Positions 26,938 to 39,162 of a stretch of DNA of 64,000 nt are shown here, piece by piece. The DNA is from Antedon mediterranea (taxonomy: Eukaryota; Animalia; Echinodermata): assembly GCF_964355755.1 (NCBI RefSeq), contig NC_092676.1:26554871-26618870 (forward strand). Reading direction: 5' to 3'. The translations under genes were made by a program, and so were the position numbers. Numbering within the stretch: position 1 is the first letter of the stretch; each line of letters starts with the position of its first letter. The notes beneath the pieces were generated by a model that had not been told where the DNA came from, did no database searches, and saw only the letters and a program-made list of their open reading frames with translations.

Positions 26938-28990
26938 GAGTGTTGACAAAGTGCGAGGCAGCGAGGCAAGCGAGGCATGCGAGGCATGCCAAATATTTGT
27001 GCGAGGCATCATTTTATCATTTCCAAAAGTGCGAGGCATGCGAGGCATATAGTTTACAATTTCAAAAAGGTGCGAGGCATATCTTAACGTGCTATTATGC
27101 TATATTATAGGCCTAATAATCAATCGATACAAGCGTATCTAAATAGATTCGTGTATACACTCATCATGTTGTTTATTTTTATGTAACGATTGTTTTTTCA
27201 TTCAAGTCATATCGTGTCAAATTTTACTTTTACAAAAGTGCCCAAACTACGGTTCAAAAATCTGAACGACAGTCTTCAACTTTCGATAAACAATAATTGT
27301 TATAGCGACACACTCATCAAATGACTGCAATGTTTGTTGGCATTTCGAGCGTGTTCACTCACATCATGGATTAAAGAATAGATTCTTTAATCCATGCTCA
27401 CATCATGTCTCTCGAACATAGCAGAGTGAAAATAATATTTTGTCACACCCCTGCGCCTAGATCCGGTAGACCCGAGAGATGGAAAATCCCTCTTTACTAT
27501 TTAGCAGGTAGCGGAATGATTCAGCCCTCAGCTCAGAGGATTGTGGTGCATTCCCCTCCTATAGCACGTGGTTTCAGCAGCAACGCACAGACTTCTCTCT
27601 GAGCGGCGTGCCAAAGACATTTTTGACATTCCATTCTCTAGGAACAACACGTGTACCTCTCTCGCAAATAAGGTGAACAGCGATTGCCAGGACAAGTTCA
27701 ATAACTGGCGGTGAATAAAAGGTAACTGATATGCCGATCCAATAACATGCCGCAAAGAAAAAAATTGCGACAGAATTCTGGAGCGCGTGTGAAAAAAGAC
27801 TTACGTCCGACAATTGTAATACTAGGCCTAAAATTAAACTTTAGCTAATATGCTTAGCCCTAACCTAGATAAAAGGCCTATGTAGAAAATAATTTAATCA
27901 ATTTTGATAAAATAATAATTGGTGTAATATTTAATAATGATACACTATTCCTGTTTTAGTAAGCTAGGTATATTACGCTAGTTTCCTTCGCTTGTATTTT
28001 TACTCCAAATTTGATAACTAACTTTATCGTGTGAATACCACACCTTAGAAGTATACCTCATGAGTACTTTAATGAAAGAATCACATAAAAAGTAACAATT
28101 AAATCCTTAAATTAATGATTTTACAGGCGTGTTTCTCGCACACTGTTCGCGAATTTCACTTATTCAATGTTCAATATTTTTGTTTCTATGGAGCGCCAAA
28201 AGAGCAACGATAATAGAGAACTAAAACTCAGTGGAATGCGTCAATTTCTCATGCATTTATTGGTGAAAAACACGTTTTATTTCAATATATTTGTTAATTT
28301 GTCAATAAAAATGTTGTAATATGTTACTGCAGATACTGTTCTGTTTTCAAAGAATAATAATCGATCCTAAATCAACATCACTACCTAGTCTAGACCTAGG
28401 ACATCCTACTAAGGATATTATGATGAATTTTTCTATTTTATTCTTTAAAAGGTTAACGAAACCGTGTACATTATCAACAGTAACATTTTTCCTTACTGAC
28501 AGTGACAAAATCTATTGAAATTGTACTTGATTTTCACCAAATAATGCGTTAAATATAAATGGATTCCACAGAGTTTTTAGCCCTCTAATTAATTTTGCTC
28601 TTTTGGCGTTCCATAGAAACCAAAATATTGAACATTAAGTGTGCGAAATGCGAGAAAAACAACGTCTGTAAAATCACCAATTTAATGGATTTATTGTTAC
28701 TTTTATGTGATTTTTCTTCATTAAAGTAGGCCTACTAATTCTAAGCTGTGGTATTCAGGATAAAGCCTTGGTTAAATTACAAGGCAGGTGCAAAAGGAAA
28801 CTAGCCTAGCGGGCCTAGGCCTAGGCTACTTCAATTTCGGTGATTTCCTGCCTTGCAATTTTGAGAAATGATAAAATGATGCCTCGCATTTTTTGATGAT
28901 GGTAAAACGATGCCTCGCATAAATTTCTGACTTGCCTCGCATGCCTTCCCTGCCTCGCGTGCCTCGCTGCCTCGCACTTTGTTACTACCC
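26938..28990. mobile_element. Non-autonomous Mutator-like (MULE) element, ~2.05 kb
   Basis: 9-bp TSD ATGGTAAGG (26929-26937, 28991-28999; single in intact paralogs); TIRs G(A/G)GT..ACAAAGTGCGAGGCAGCGAGGCA with GCGAGGCA repeats. Confidence 0.88.
27365..27396. mobile_element. 32-bp palindrome with perfect 7-bp target duplication
   Basis: CTCACAT|CATGGATTAAAGAAT-AG-ATTCTTTAATCCATG|CTCACAT. Confidence 0.75.
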
Positions 28991-29659
28991 ATGGTAAGGT
29001 GAAGTTGCCACAGATACGGTAGTTGTAGTTGATGAGGATGATAACATCATCATAGCACGACAATCTAAAACTACAGTATTCAGTAGTGATGGGCATTTTA
29101 TCAAAAGAATTGATAAACAATTATCAGTTATGTATCATTTTTTCATAACCCACGAATGGTGACTAGCAAATGGTGATGACACAATTAAAATATTTAATTA
29201 TTAAAGTATTATAAAATAATATTAAAGGGACGTTGAATGAAAGATTACAATTAAACAAACAGTGGTGTTGGTAGACTGAGAATTTTGTTGTATTTAATAA
29301 TAGTCTATTCATGCAAATCATGATTAATAAATAATATCATTAATACTGTATGTATCAATCAAGTATTATTATATAAGGATAATAACATTTCATTTAGCAA
29401 AAAAGAAGCTGAATGAGGCAATGTGGAGGTAAAAATGTTTGATCAACCAAATAAACCAGTAATTAAAAAAATAATAACTATTATCTTTTAGTCTATTTAT
29501 TTTAAGGTACTGATCCATTTGTATATTTAATGATTTTAAACTGTTAATAATAACAACCTAATATTGCAATTTTCTATTTTAGTGGTATTTTAATTTTATT
29601 AAAACACAATTTATTTATAAAATAAAATGATATATGATATATTGATATATGATATAAAT

Positions 29660-30715
29660 GATATTTATTGATAAAATGCCTGATAATTTAAGTTGTGACA
29701 CAAATATTGCTCTTTATGTTGATGATGCCAAATGTTCAATTTACAGTGTCCAGGATTGCCATTCACTTCAGATTGATATTGATACTTAGAGCACCTGGTC
29801 TAAAAAATGGGATTTGAATTTAAATACTTCTAAATGTAAAATTATTTCTATTACCCATCTCAAAATTCTTTTCTTTTTGATTATATAATTAATACCGATA
29901 TTCTTGAACGAGTTAGTGAAATTAATGATCTTGGTATCATAATTGATTCTCATTTATCTTGGAAGGCTCATTATAATTATATTATTTCCAAAGCAAATCG
30001 TATGTTAGGCCTGGTTAAACATGTTAGTTTCCATTGTAATTCACATGTAAAACGGTCTCTTTATTTAAGTATTGTTCGTAGTTACCTTGAATACTGCTCT
30101 ACTGTCTGGTCTCCCAATTACAAAACTTATATAAGACAACTTGAGAGAGTTCAGCGTAAAGCAACTAAATTTATTTTAAATAATTTTAAAGCTGATTACA
30201 AATGCAGACTTCAAATATGCAATTTATTACCATATGTTATAGGCGTCACTTTACTGATATCGTTTTTCTTTTTAAGATATTTAATTCTAACATAATTAAT
30301 ACTGACAATTTATTTAATATTCATAATCCACAACGTGTTACTCGTAGCTCTTCTTCTGTTGGTACTCTTTTTGATATTCGTCGCTGCAGAACTGAATCTT
30401 CTTTTCAATCATATATCCCATGTGTTACCAGAATTTGGAATAACTTACCTGGTGAAATTCGCAACTTAAATATTCTTTTAAAATTATATTTATTTTTTAA
30501 ATAATTTTGATATTGAAAATGTGTGTAGTTGGTCGCTTTCTTGTAGAGGCCTTAATTGTAGAACGTAATTTATTTATTTATTTTTTTTCTGTGCTCTGTT
30601 CTGGGTTGACCAACTAGTATAGGTGTTTATAATTGTTTTGTCTTCTTGGTAATGTATACGGCAGAAATAATTAAACAAACAAACAAACAAACAAACAAAC
30701 AAACAAATAAATAAA
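29660..30715 (+). mobile_element. 5'-truncated, decayed CR1/L2-group LINE (reverse transcriptase C-terminus)
   Basis: ALYVDDAK, DLGIIIDSHLSWKAH, KANRMLG, LYLSIVRSYLEYCSTVWSP, LERVQRKATK; stops and frameshifts; (AAAC)n tail at ~30672-30715. Confidence 0.9.
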
Positions 30716-32173
30716 ACTGGGGTATTAATGGTCAGTATTTAAATAATAAAATAAATAAATAAATAAATTATTATTAAATAAATTAAATAAATTTTAAAAA
30801 AATTTATGACTGGTTATTATTTTTAAAATAAAATTAGATTGTACATAAAGTAATATTTAAATCAATAGTAAAATGTTATGCTGTACTGTTTATTTTTAAA
30901 TCAATTTTCAGAAAAATATGTTTTTCTTTATATATAAAAGTAAAACACTTCAGTAAAGAACTATCTATGGAAAATGATATATTCAGGTAAAATAAATCGT
31001 GATGGTTGTCTGTTTATGGGCGTGGAATTGTCAACAAAACATAAAACCTTTGATATAATGGAGGTGCACTGCCATCCTGTTTTTAACATGCCATGAACTA
31101 ATGTGTACAGTAGTACAATGTAAATCACTGATGTAAAAATGTAAACATGTTACTAACCACAGAAAAGAAGAATTTATAATATAACCCTAATACAATATAA
31201 AATACTTCATTTCCAAGGCATTGTGAATAGTAGTATCATTTTTTAATTTTATTTTTTAGAGTAGGCTTATTGCATTACAATTCTGTCCTTTGTCTGAAAA
31301 GACAGTGTGTAGCAACACTAACTGCTGATCCTATCGTCGTGGCTCTATTTGATTGGTAGGCCCACCAATGAATCAAAACCATTACAGCTGTTTAAATCTT
31401 GGTCAATACATAATACAATACAATCCATCAATATCAATACAATGTAATATGTTAATGCTATTGTTTTTCTATTGATCTTGAAATATGTAGTTCCACACCA
31501 CTAATTTTAATATCGTCATAACTACTGTAGTTTTCAAATACAGACAGCATAACGCTTGGTGTAAATTTATATAATTGTGGAAAAAAATTATTTTTTATTT
31601 ATAAAAGTATTGTTTAAGCTCAGAATTTTAAGGTTAGTTATTTGATTTTATTAATTATTAATCTTTTATTTAGTTAATAAATTAGGCTTGCGCTTATGAG
31701 AGTTGGATAAGTACTTAGTTGAGTGTGTACAGCAATAAATGATATATTTCATACGCTATTCTTTTAAAACAGCCAGAAAATGACCATGTTTAACATCCTA
31801 TCAGATAGTAAAATTTACATCTAAATCTATATGTATGTATGTAAACATGTTGCACCCTAACGAGACAACAAAATATTAATGATTAATCTGATTAATTTAT
31901 ATTCATGGGTTACGTTCTTTGGACTAGCAAATACGCCAGGAGTTAAAACATCCTGGGAAAAAAAATGGCATTTAGACCCCATTTTGGCCGCTATCATGTA
32001 CATTGGATTCAAGATGGCGGATAATATTGAAACATTTCCAGTATAATTGCGGTCATTTTGAAAAATTGTTTATCGAACAAACATACTATACAAACTCTCT
32101 CTTATTTTATAATAAAGATTTTATAATATTATGTCAAATATGTGATAGGTTTATATATTTTTACTATTGCAGG

Positions 32174-33415
32174 ATGGCAAGTAATATAGATGGAACAATT
32201 CCAGAATGTGCTGAACGTCAACTTGATGAAGCATTCAAAGAGTATAAGGAAAAATTAAAAAATAACTCTATCAATAACAATGATCAACGAATACAACAAA
32301 TAGAAAATGTAATCAGAGAAGCTTCAAGTAATGCTAAAAAACTAGAAGAAAATAAAGAGGCAAGTCTCAAAGATATTGATAACCAAGTTAAAGAAATGGT
32401 ACAACTAATCAAGAAAAAAGGAGACGAAAAGAAGAAAGAAGTTAACAAAATTTATGAAAAGCAAAAGGAAGTTAATGATAAACAAATGAAACATTTTAAA
32501 GAAACCATTTCCCAATCAAATTTGAAACTAAATCAGTGTTTTGATTTGTTTTGTACTTCTGAAGAATTCAAGCAATATGACAGAAAAATTAACTTTGTTA
32601 GAAGTAAATATGTAAGAAATTTTTTGGAAGGAGAAAATTCCTTCGGAAATGTTACATGGACATTTACTACTTTAAGATTAAATCAACAGGCTTATGGAGT
32701 AGCAAAGTGTGATGATGATTACTTGCTGGTTTCATTTCACACAAATGAAATTTACAAGTACAACCATTCAGGAAATCATGTAGACACGATACTAACCAAG
32801 CAGGAAACACAAGTTGACAAAATGCAACAAATGACGAATGGACGGATTGCATTCATTGATGTTGGTTATACATGCATTCATGTATGTAATGCTACTGGTG
32901 CAGTGATCAAAACCATTGGTGAGGGTGTATTGCAAGAGCCACATGGTTTTCACATAGATGAGTCAAATAATGTTATATATGTAGCAGATGGAGGAAATGG
33001 ATGTGTGATGTTTGACCTCGATAGTGGCAAAGATTTGAAGTTTATAAGTTACAATGAAAAACATGCATACTCTGATGTTGCACTTACAAAAACTGGAAAA
33101 TTACTTGTAGCAGATACACTACAGAATGAAGTATCATTGTATGAAGACAAGGACAAGTCACTGAAAGTACTCATCAATAAAGGAGATGAAGATGGTAAGG
33201 TGTGGCACCCACATAAGATTGTAGTTGATGAAGAGGGTAACATCATCATAGCAAGTGTTGGCAAATTACAACTATTCAGTAGTGATGGAGGATTTCTCAA
33301 AAGAATTAATAAACAAGAAGATGAAATAAGTGTCAGTCAGTTATGTATCATAAAGCCATATATGATTGTTGTAGTAAACGAATTGAGCTGCAAAAGATTT
33401 ATTTATGAAATTTGA
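32174..33415 (+). CDS. Divergent RING-less, B-box-less paralog: shortened coiled coil plus complete NHL propeller, 413 aa
   Basis: ATG follows the family acceptor TACTATTGCAG|G; open frame with LEENKEASLKDIDNQV and all NHL blades; candidate donor AAG|GTTAGT at 31632/31633. Confidence 0.8.
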   Translation: MASNIDGTIPECAERQLDEAFKEYKEKLKNNSINNNDQRIQQIENVIREASSNAKKLEENKEASLKDIDNQVKEMVQLIKKKGDEKKKEVNKIYEKQKEVNDKQMKHFKETISQSNLKLNQCFDLFCTSEEFKQYDRKINFVRSKYVRNFLEGENSFGNVTWTFTTLRLNQQAYGVAKCDDDYLLVSFHTNEIYKYNHSGNHVDTILTKQETQVDKMQQMTNGRIAFIDVGYTCIHVCNATGAVIKTIGEGVLQEPHGFHIDESNNVIYVADGGNGCVMFDLDSGKDLKFISYNEKHAYSDVALTKTGKLLVADTLQNEVSLYEDKDKSLKVLINKGDEDGKVWHPHKIVVDEEGNIIIASVGKLQLFSSDGGFLKRINKQEDEISVSQLCIIKPYMIVVVNELSCKRFIYEI

Positions 33416-33459
33416 ACAAGCAAGCAAAATTTAAAAAAAATATTATTAAAGTGAAAATT

Positions 33460-33558
33460 CACATTTTGATAAATTGCTACCAGAGCAATTTACTATAGTA
33501 ACCATACATGGGTTATGAATAATACATAACTGATGTGGATCACTAATTTCATCTACTG
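33460..33558 (-). pseudogene. Inverted fragment of a TRIM-NHL last blade
   Basis: Reverse complement reads GATGAAATTAGTGATCCACATCAGTTATGTATTATTCATAACCCATGTATGGTT, as at paralog 3' ends. Confidence 0.8.
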
Positions 33559-33715
33559 TACTCGCATGCCAACACTCCCGTTTTGGGAGACTCCGGTATT
33601 TTAGACTTAATTGTCTCCCGGCCTAAAATTTGCAGTCATAATTTTAAATTTTGTTATGAACAGAAAGGAGATTCCTCTCACATAGCCACCACACGATACC
33701 ACTTATGATGTATAT

Positions 33716-34075
33716 GGATACTCTGATGTTGCACTTACAAAAAGTGGTAAAGTACTTGTAGCAGATGCAGGACACAGCCAAGTATTATTGTATGATGACA
33801 AGCATAAGTCAATGAAAGTACTCATCAATAGAGGAGATGAAGATGGTAAGGTGATGATGCCATGGGATGTTGTAGTTGATGAGGATGATAACATCATCAT
33901 AGCAAGCAAAGACAAACTACAACTATTGAGTAGTGATGGGCAATTCATTAAAAGAATTGATGAACAAAAAGATGGAATTAGTAATCCAAGTCAGTTATGT
34001 ATCATTTCAGATAACCCACAAAGGATTGCTATTGGAAATTATGATGGCGACACAATTAAAATATTCAATTATTAA
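33716..34075 (+). pseudogene. Orphan C-terminal half of an NHL domain (last three blades), frame open
   Basis: YSDVALTKSGKVLVADAGHSQ..VMMPWDV..GNYDGDTIKIFNY*; no upstream domains. Confidence 0.85.
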
Positions 34076-34460
34076 TGTTAAACAAGCAACACATCTTAAA
34101 TTCTATCCTATCAGTCCAATTTATTCATAACAGAATTAATATCATAATTTAATTATTTTGAATCCAATTTAATATGTATATACAGTTAATATTGTAATTA
34201 TTTTAAACACAATACTTAATTTAGTCTAATTTTGTAAATTTCATAATTTTTTTAAGTACTGTATTATCTAAATAATTTGCAAAGCTTTTAAAATATTTAA
34301 TTACAAAATATTTTTATTTCATATGTTACACCTGCAATTTCTATGATTTATATAAATAAATACATAAACAAGTTTAAATGTTTTAACATTATTATTATGA
34401 TGACCTCAGTATTTGTAATTTCTCATTTTGGCCATGCTGGAAAAAATGATGGAAAAATCA

Positions 34461-34650
34461 TTGACATGACATAATGCTATATGACACTGTATTATCATGG
34501 ACCTATACATTAGAATAGGTCCATGATATAATATACCATGCTGCTTCTATTGTGTTGACATGACATAATGCTATATGATATGATCATGGACCTATACATT
34601 AGAATAGGTGCATGATATAATATACCATGCTGCTTCTATTGGGTTGACAT
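34461..34650 (+). repeat. ~90-95-bp tandem duplication, each unit with a 30-bp CATGG..CCATG hairpin
   Basis: CATGGACCTATACATTAGAATAGGTCCATG at 34496-34525 and variant at 34585-34614. Confidence 0.8.
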
Positions 34651-35417
34651 GTCATTGATTATACTATGAGTGACAATAAAGTATACATACATGCTTTAGT
34701 AGTGTTTGCATCACTGATTTTGAAATCGTAACGCTTTGTTTAAATAGATGAATGCTTTGATCACATGATAAGGAAGTTTCAAAGTGGAAAAACCAACTTT
34801 ATTGATTACTGTAAACAATCAGTTTTAATTCCTAAAACTATCATTTGTTCTGGGAAATTATAAGGTATTTAACATTAAACAACTATATTAATTTATTTAG
34901 TTTAGTTGAATTAGTGTAACTGTACGTATTAATAGTCCCCTATTCAAACAATTCAAGATAGCTTATATGTTTAATGACAGGACACAATAATCACACAAAA
35001 ATTATATAAAATTACTCAGTTACTATCATCGTACTCGAGGACATATAAGATTTACGATTCTTGCAGCAGTAGTCATGTGATGCAGTTTCAACCAATTACG
35101 TTCATGTATTTACATAGGCTATGTAATATAATGTCATACTATATGATGCTATACTATATAATACTACTTCTATTGTGTTGAAATATCATTGATTGTATTA
35201 TGAGCGACAATAAAGTGCTTAAATAAATACTTCAGTTGTGGTTTGAAGCTGTAACACTTTGTTAAAATAGACAAATGCTTTGATAACATAAAAAAAAAAA
35301 ACTTTAATCGCTTACTGTAAACGATTGGTTTTAGTTCCTGAAACTATCATTTGAGCTGGAAAATTATAAGGTATTTAACGTAAAAAATTCTATTACATTT
35401 ATTTAGTTGAATTAGTA

Positions 35418-36347
35418 TTTCACAAAATGTAAAGTACCAATATGCATAGAATGTACACTGAAATGGAACATGCTGCAGGAGATGGAAAACATGAACTGAT
35501 TAAAATTGCTACAGCATTTATTACTAAACAGCCAATTGATTTATTGAAAGAAAATGACATCGGTAATGTTGTATTCAAACCACTTCCTATTAAAGTAGAG
35601 GATCATCCTTTGGGAGTAGCAAAGTGTGATGATGATTGCTTGCTGGTTTCATTTCTCACAAATCAAATTCACAAGTACAACCAATCAGGAGAATACACAA
35701 GCAAGATTACACTACCAAAAGGTGTGATGGTTTACAGAATGTACAGAATGAAGAATGGCAACATAGCATTCAGTGATCTGGGTAATAAATGCATTCAAGT
35801 ATGTGATATGAATGGTCATGTGATCAAATCCATTGGTAAGGGTGTATTGAAGACTCCACGTGGTATTCACATAGATGAGGCAAGTAATGTTATATATGTA
35901 GCAGATGAAGAAAATGGATGTGTGTTCATGTTTAACATTAATAGTGGTAAGCAGTTAAAGAAGATAGGGTCAGAAAATGAAGAACATGAATACACTGATG
36001 TTGCACTTACACAAACTGGTAAAGTACTTGTAGCAGATGAAGGAAATGATCAAGTATTATTGTATGATTACAAGGACCAGTCACTGAAAGTATTTATCAA
36101 TGATGGATATGAAGATGGTAAGGTGATGTGGCCAAGTGGAGTTGTAGTTGATGAGGATGACAACATCATCATAGCAAGTATTGACAAACTACAACTATTC
36201 ACTAGTGATGGACATTTTATCAAAAGAATTGATGAACAAGAAGATGGAATTAGTGTACCACTTCAGTTGTGTATCGTTTCTAATAACCCATGTATGGTTG
36301 CTGTAGCAAATGAGAGTGACAACACAATCAAAATATTTAATTATTAA
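35418..36347 (+). pseudogene. Internally deleted TRIM-NHL copy: partial B-box fused in frame to an intact NHL propeller (301-aa ORF from 35442)
   Basis: First exon (donor 35370/35371) runs into B-box sequence with acceptor and RING deleted; IATAF|ITKQPID junction removes the coiled coil; NHL uninterrupted. Confidence 0.8.
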
Positions 36348-37805
36348 TGTATAAAATATATCATTACCTTAAAGAAGCAAAGTTGAATGAAAAATCCAAA
36401 TTATCTATTAGTTTATTTATTCATTTATTGTCTTAATTCCACAAAGTTTAACATTTAAAAACAATGTTCAAATAAATTGGAAAAATTTGTTTAAAATAAA
36501 ACCTAAAATAACAAATATCTATTTTTTAAATTTTATGATGTGAAACTTATGATGGTTGAATGACTTGTATTTTCTAACTTTCATTTGAACTATTGTATTA
36601 AATACTACAATTGTGTCATCAAAAATAAATCTTTTTTTTTTAGTTTTGTAGAAATACTGTAAAAGCTAAGTAAACACAGACATGAAGAAATCATCTGAAA
36701 TAGAGGATAATAAGTCACACTGTTAGTAGGCGTTTGAAGGGACAAGACATTGTGTATACAACTTGTTTGAGCAGTTTTAATCTCGTCTTTTATTTGAAAG
36801 ACGGTTATAAACTAATACATGCATATGTGTTTTGGAATTCACTTTCCATAATCAGTGTGAAGCTATATATTACATGGTGCATTTATTTGTACTCATTTTC
36901 ACCGGTATTTAAATATTATTTTTAGAATAAGCATAATTTGAATTATTGTATATATTACCAGTTTTAGTCTTCCTAATTTTAAAACATTAAATACAACATT
37001 CTTATTTTAACAAGTAAGCATAGATGTCTATGGTAATGGAAGTAGATTGTACCTTAATAAAGTGATCACATACTGTATATAGTAATACTGTCTACCTAGT
37101 AATGTAAATCAGTTTTAATTCCTAAAACTATCATTTGTTCTGGGAAATTATAAGGTATTTAACATTAAATAACTATATTAATTTATTTAGTTTAGTTGAA
37201 TTAGTGTAGCTGTATTAATAGTCCCCTATTCTAACAATTCAAGATAGCTTTAGTGAAACTTACTTTTCCTACAACACCAATCATATAGTGATTAATCATC
37301 CCTGGTTACACAGAGTAGTAAATATACACCCATGGCATATGATCACATGACAGGAAATAAAATAAATAGGAAAACCCCACTCTGGTGTGATTGTAAATGT
37401 TCATCTGGGTCTGGTTTAATTTTTGTTCTTGTTTCGTTTTTTCTGAACAAGGCATTTTTCTGTAAAAGCTGTTCATGTACAGAAAAACGAAACTATCAAG
37501 CAACTGTTACTACTAAGTTTTATATTTCGACTCGTGTGTTAAAAAGAAATTTTTAAACTAAAAGTTCAAGAATATATTTTTGTATGAAATTTTGTTATTA
37601 AAATTACTCAATACACATTTTATCTGTTTTAGTAAAAGTGTAATCTGTTTGTAGACACAAAATTGGATATTTAAGAAACCTCAGAGCAGACAAAAATGTT
37701 GATTTACAGTATTCAGTAATCCAATTAACCTACCATATGCAATACTAAATAGCAGACTAAGTATTATTTGATATCTAGCCTAACTATGGGTGAGATTGTA
37801 GTGGA

Positions 37806-39080
37806 TCTATATATAAATTTACGTAAGGGCAAAAATCGGTAAATCGTGCGTTATTTCTAGAATGTTTACTCGATGGTATATAAAGTTGGTTCGTACTTTC
37901 GGTACTAATTTTAACCACCTGATGTAACCCTGTCTACTAATTTAATTGAGTTCGATAATTAGTTATTGACGATTGGAACGAATTTAGGTTCAACGATTTG
38001 CCCCAAATAGGGGTGTTTTCCGATCGTGGTATACACTGTCTAATGGATGTCAATTTGAAAAATACCCGCACACAATAATACGAGGACACTTCGCATTTTC
38101 CTATCTCCTCCTACGATAATTGTTTTTAATAGCTGAAAACCGGTTGAACAGTTCGAGTACAGCATCATAATGTTGAAGACAGGCCGATTTTCTTTAAAAA
38201 ATGCTATTTTGATACATGTAATATACGTTTTTACACATGTATTGATTTGTGATGAATGGAACATTCCAAATTATTTGGTTTAACCATAGAGGTATAGATT
38301 TAGATTTATGGGCCCCCTTGGAGAATAAACATAAATAGTATTGCAATGCACTTTTGATCGCAATTTGAATCGCAAATATCTTACTGTGAGTGTTGGTACT
38401 GTTAGATATAATATAAACAAATATACAAATAAACTTTATTACTGTGAGTGTGGGTAGGCCCTACTGTTAGATTATAAACATATAATATACAAATAAATAA
38501 ACGTTATTACTGACAGTTGCTTCTCAACGTTTGTATTAATTAATAATTTAAAAATATATAAACGTACGTACGTAGTGGTGTATCGTTCGTTACATGTACT
38601 TTACTATTTCAATCGACTATGACAGTGAGAGTTTTAACAAAGTATTAAATCGTAAATGTTTTACTGTATTTAGTGGTATATTATTTATAGGCCTATAAAA
38701 CATTAAAAACAATATTTCGTTACTGAGTGGATAAGAATATATTTTAAAATGTTTCCTCTTTGTACCTATCTTCTTCCCCCATCCCTCAACCCTTAATGTT
38801 ACATACAAAACACAAATTGGGTTTGTTTAAATGAGTCCAAATAAAAAAATTTGACTCATTTTGTTTCTCTCTCTGAAGTAATTCCCAGGGTGCTAATTTT
38901 AGCTGACTACATAAATCATCGTGTATATTTATTCGTTTCTGTAAACGACAATGTATTATAGTCCTGCAGTACGTACATTTGAAATCTCCATTTTTTTCTC
39001 GCTGGAAAATACTGTGTATTCGAGAACCATCTGTGGGCACGACCTAGATGGTACGCGAGCGAAGCGAGCGTGCCATCTAG
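37806..39080 (+). mobile_element. Non-autonomous Helitron (copy 2)
   Basis: A|TCTATATATAAATTTACG...CTAGATGGTACGCGAGCGAAGCGAGCGTGCCATCTAG|T. Confidence 0.85.
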
Positions 39081-39162
39081 TTTGAGTAATTGGATTATAC
39101 CAGGGAAGCACTCTTCCCTAATAATACTAGGTCAAATACAAAATATGTTAGGATAATGCAAA

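Larger units (their letters stand above)
26692..29204 (+). pseudogene. TRIM-NHL pseudogene: start codon region fused to distal NHL blades, interrupted by two transposons
   Basis: TTGCAG|GATGGCTAGC..TTACTTGGAGATAGAGATGAGAAA joined to GATATTGCACTTACAAACACTGG; resumes at 28991 and ends AAAATATTTAATTATTAA; frameshifts; upstream donor at 26338/26339. Confidence 0.88.
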
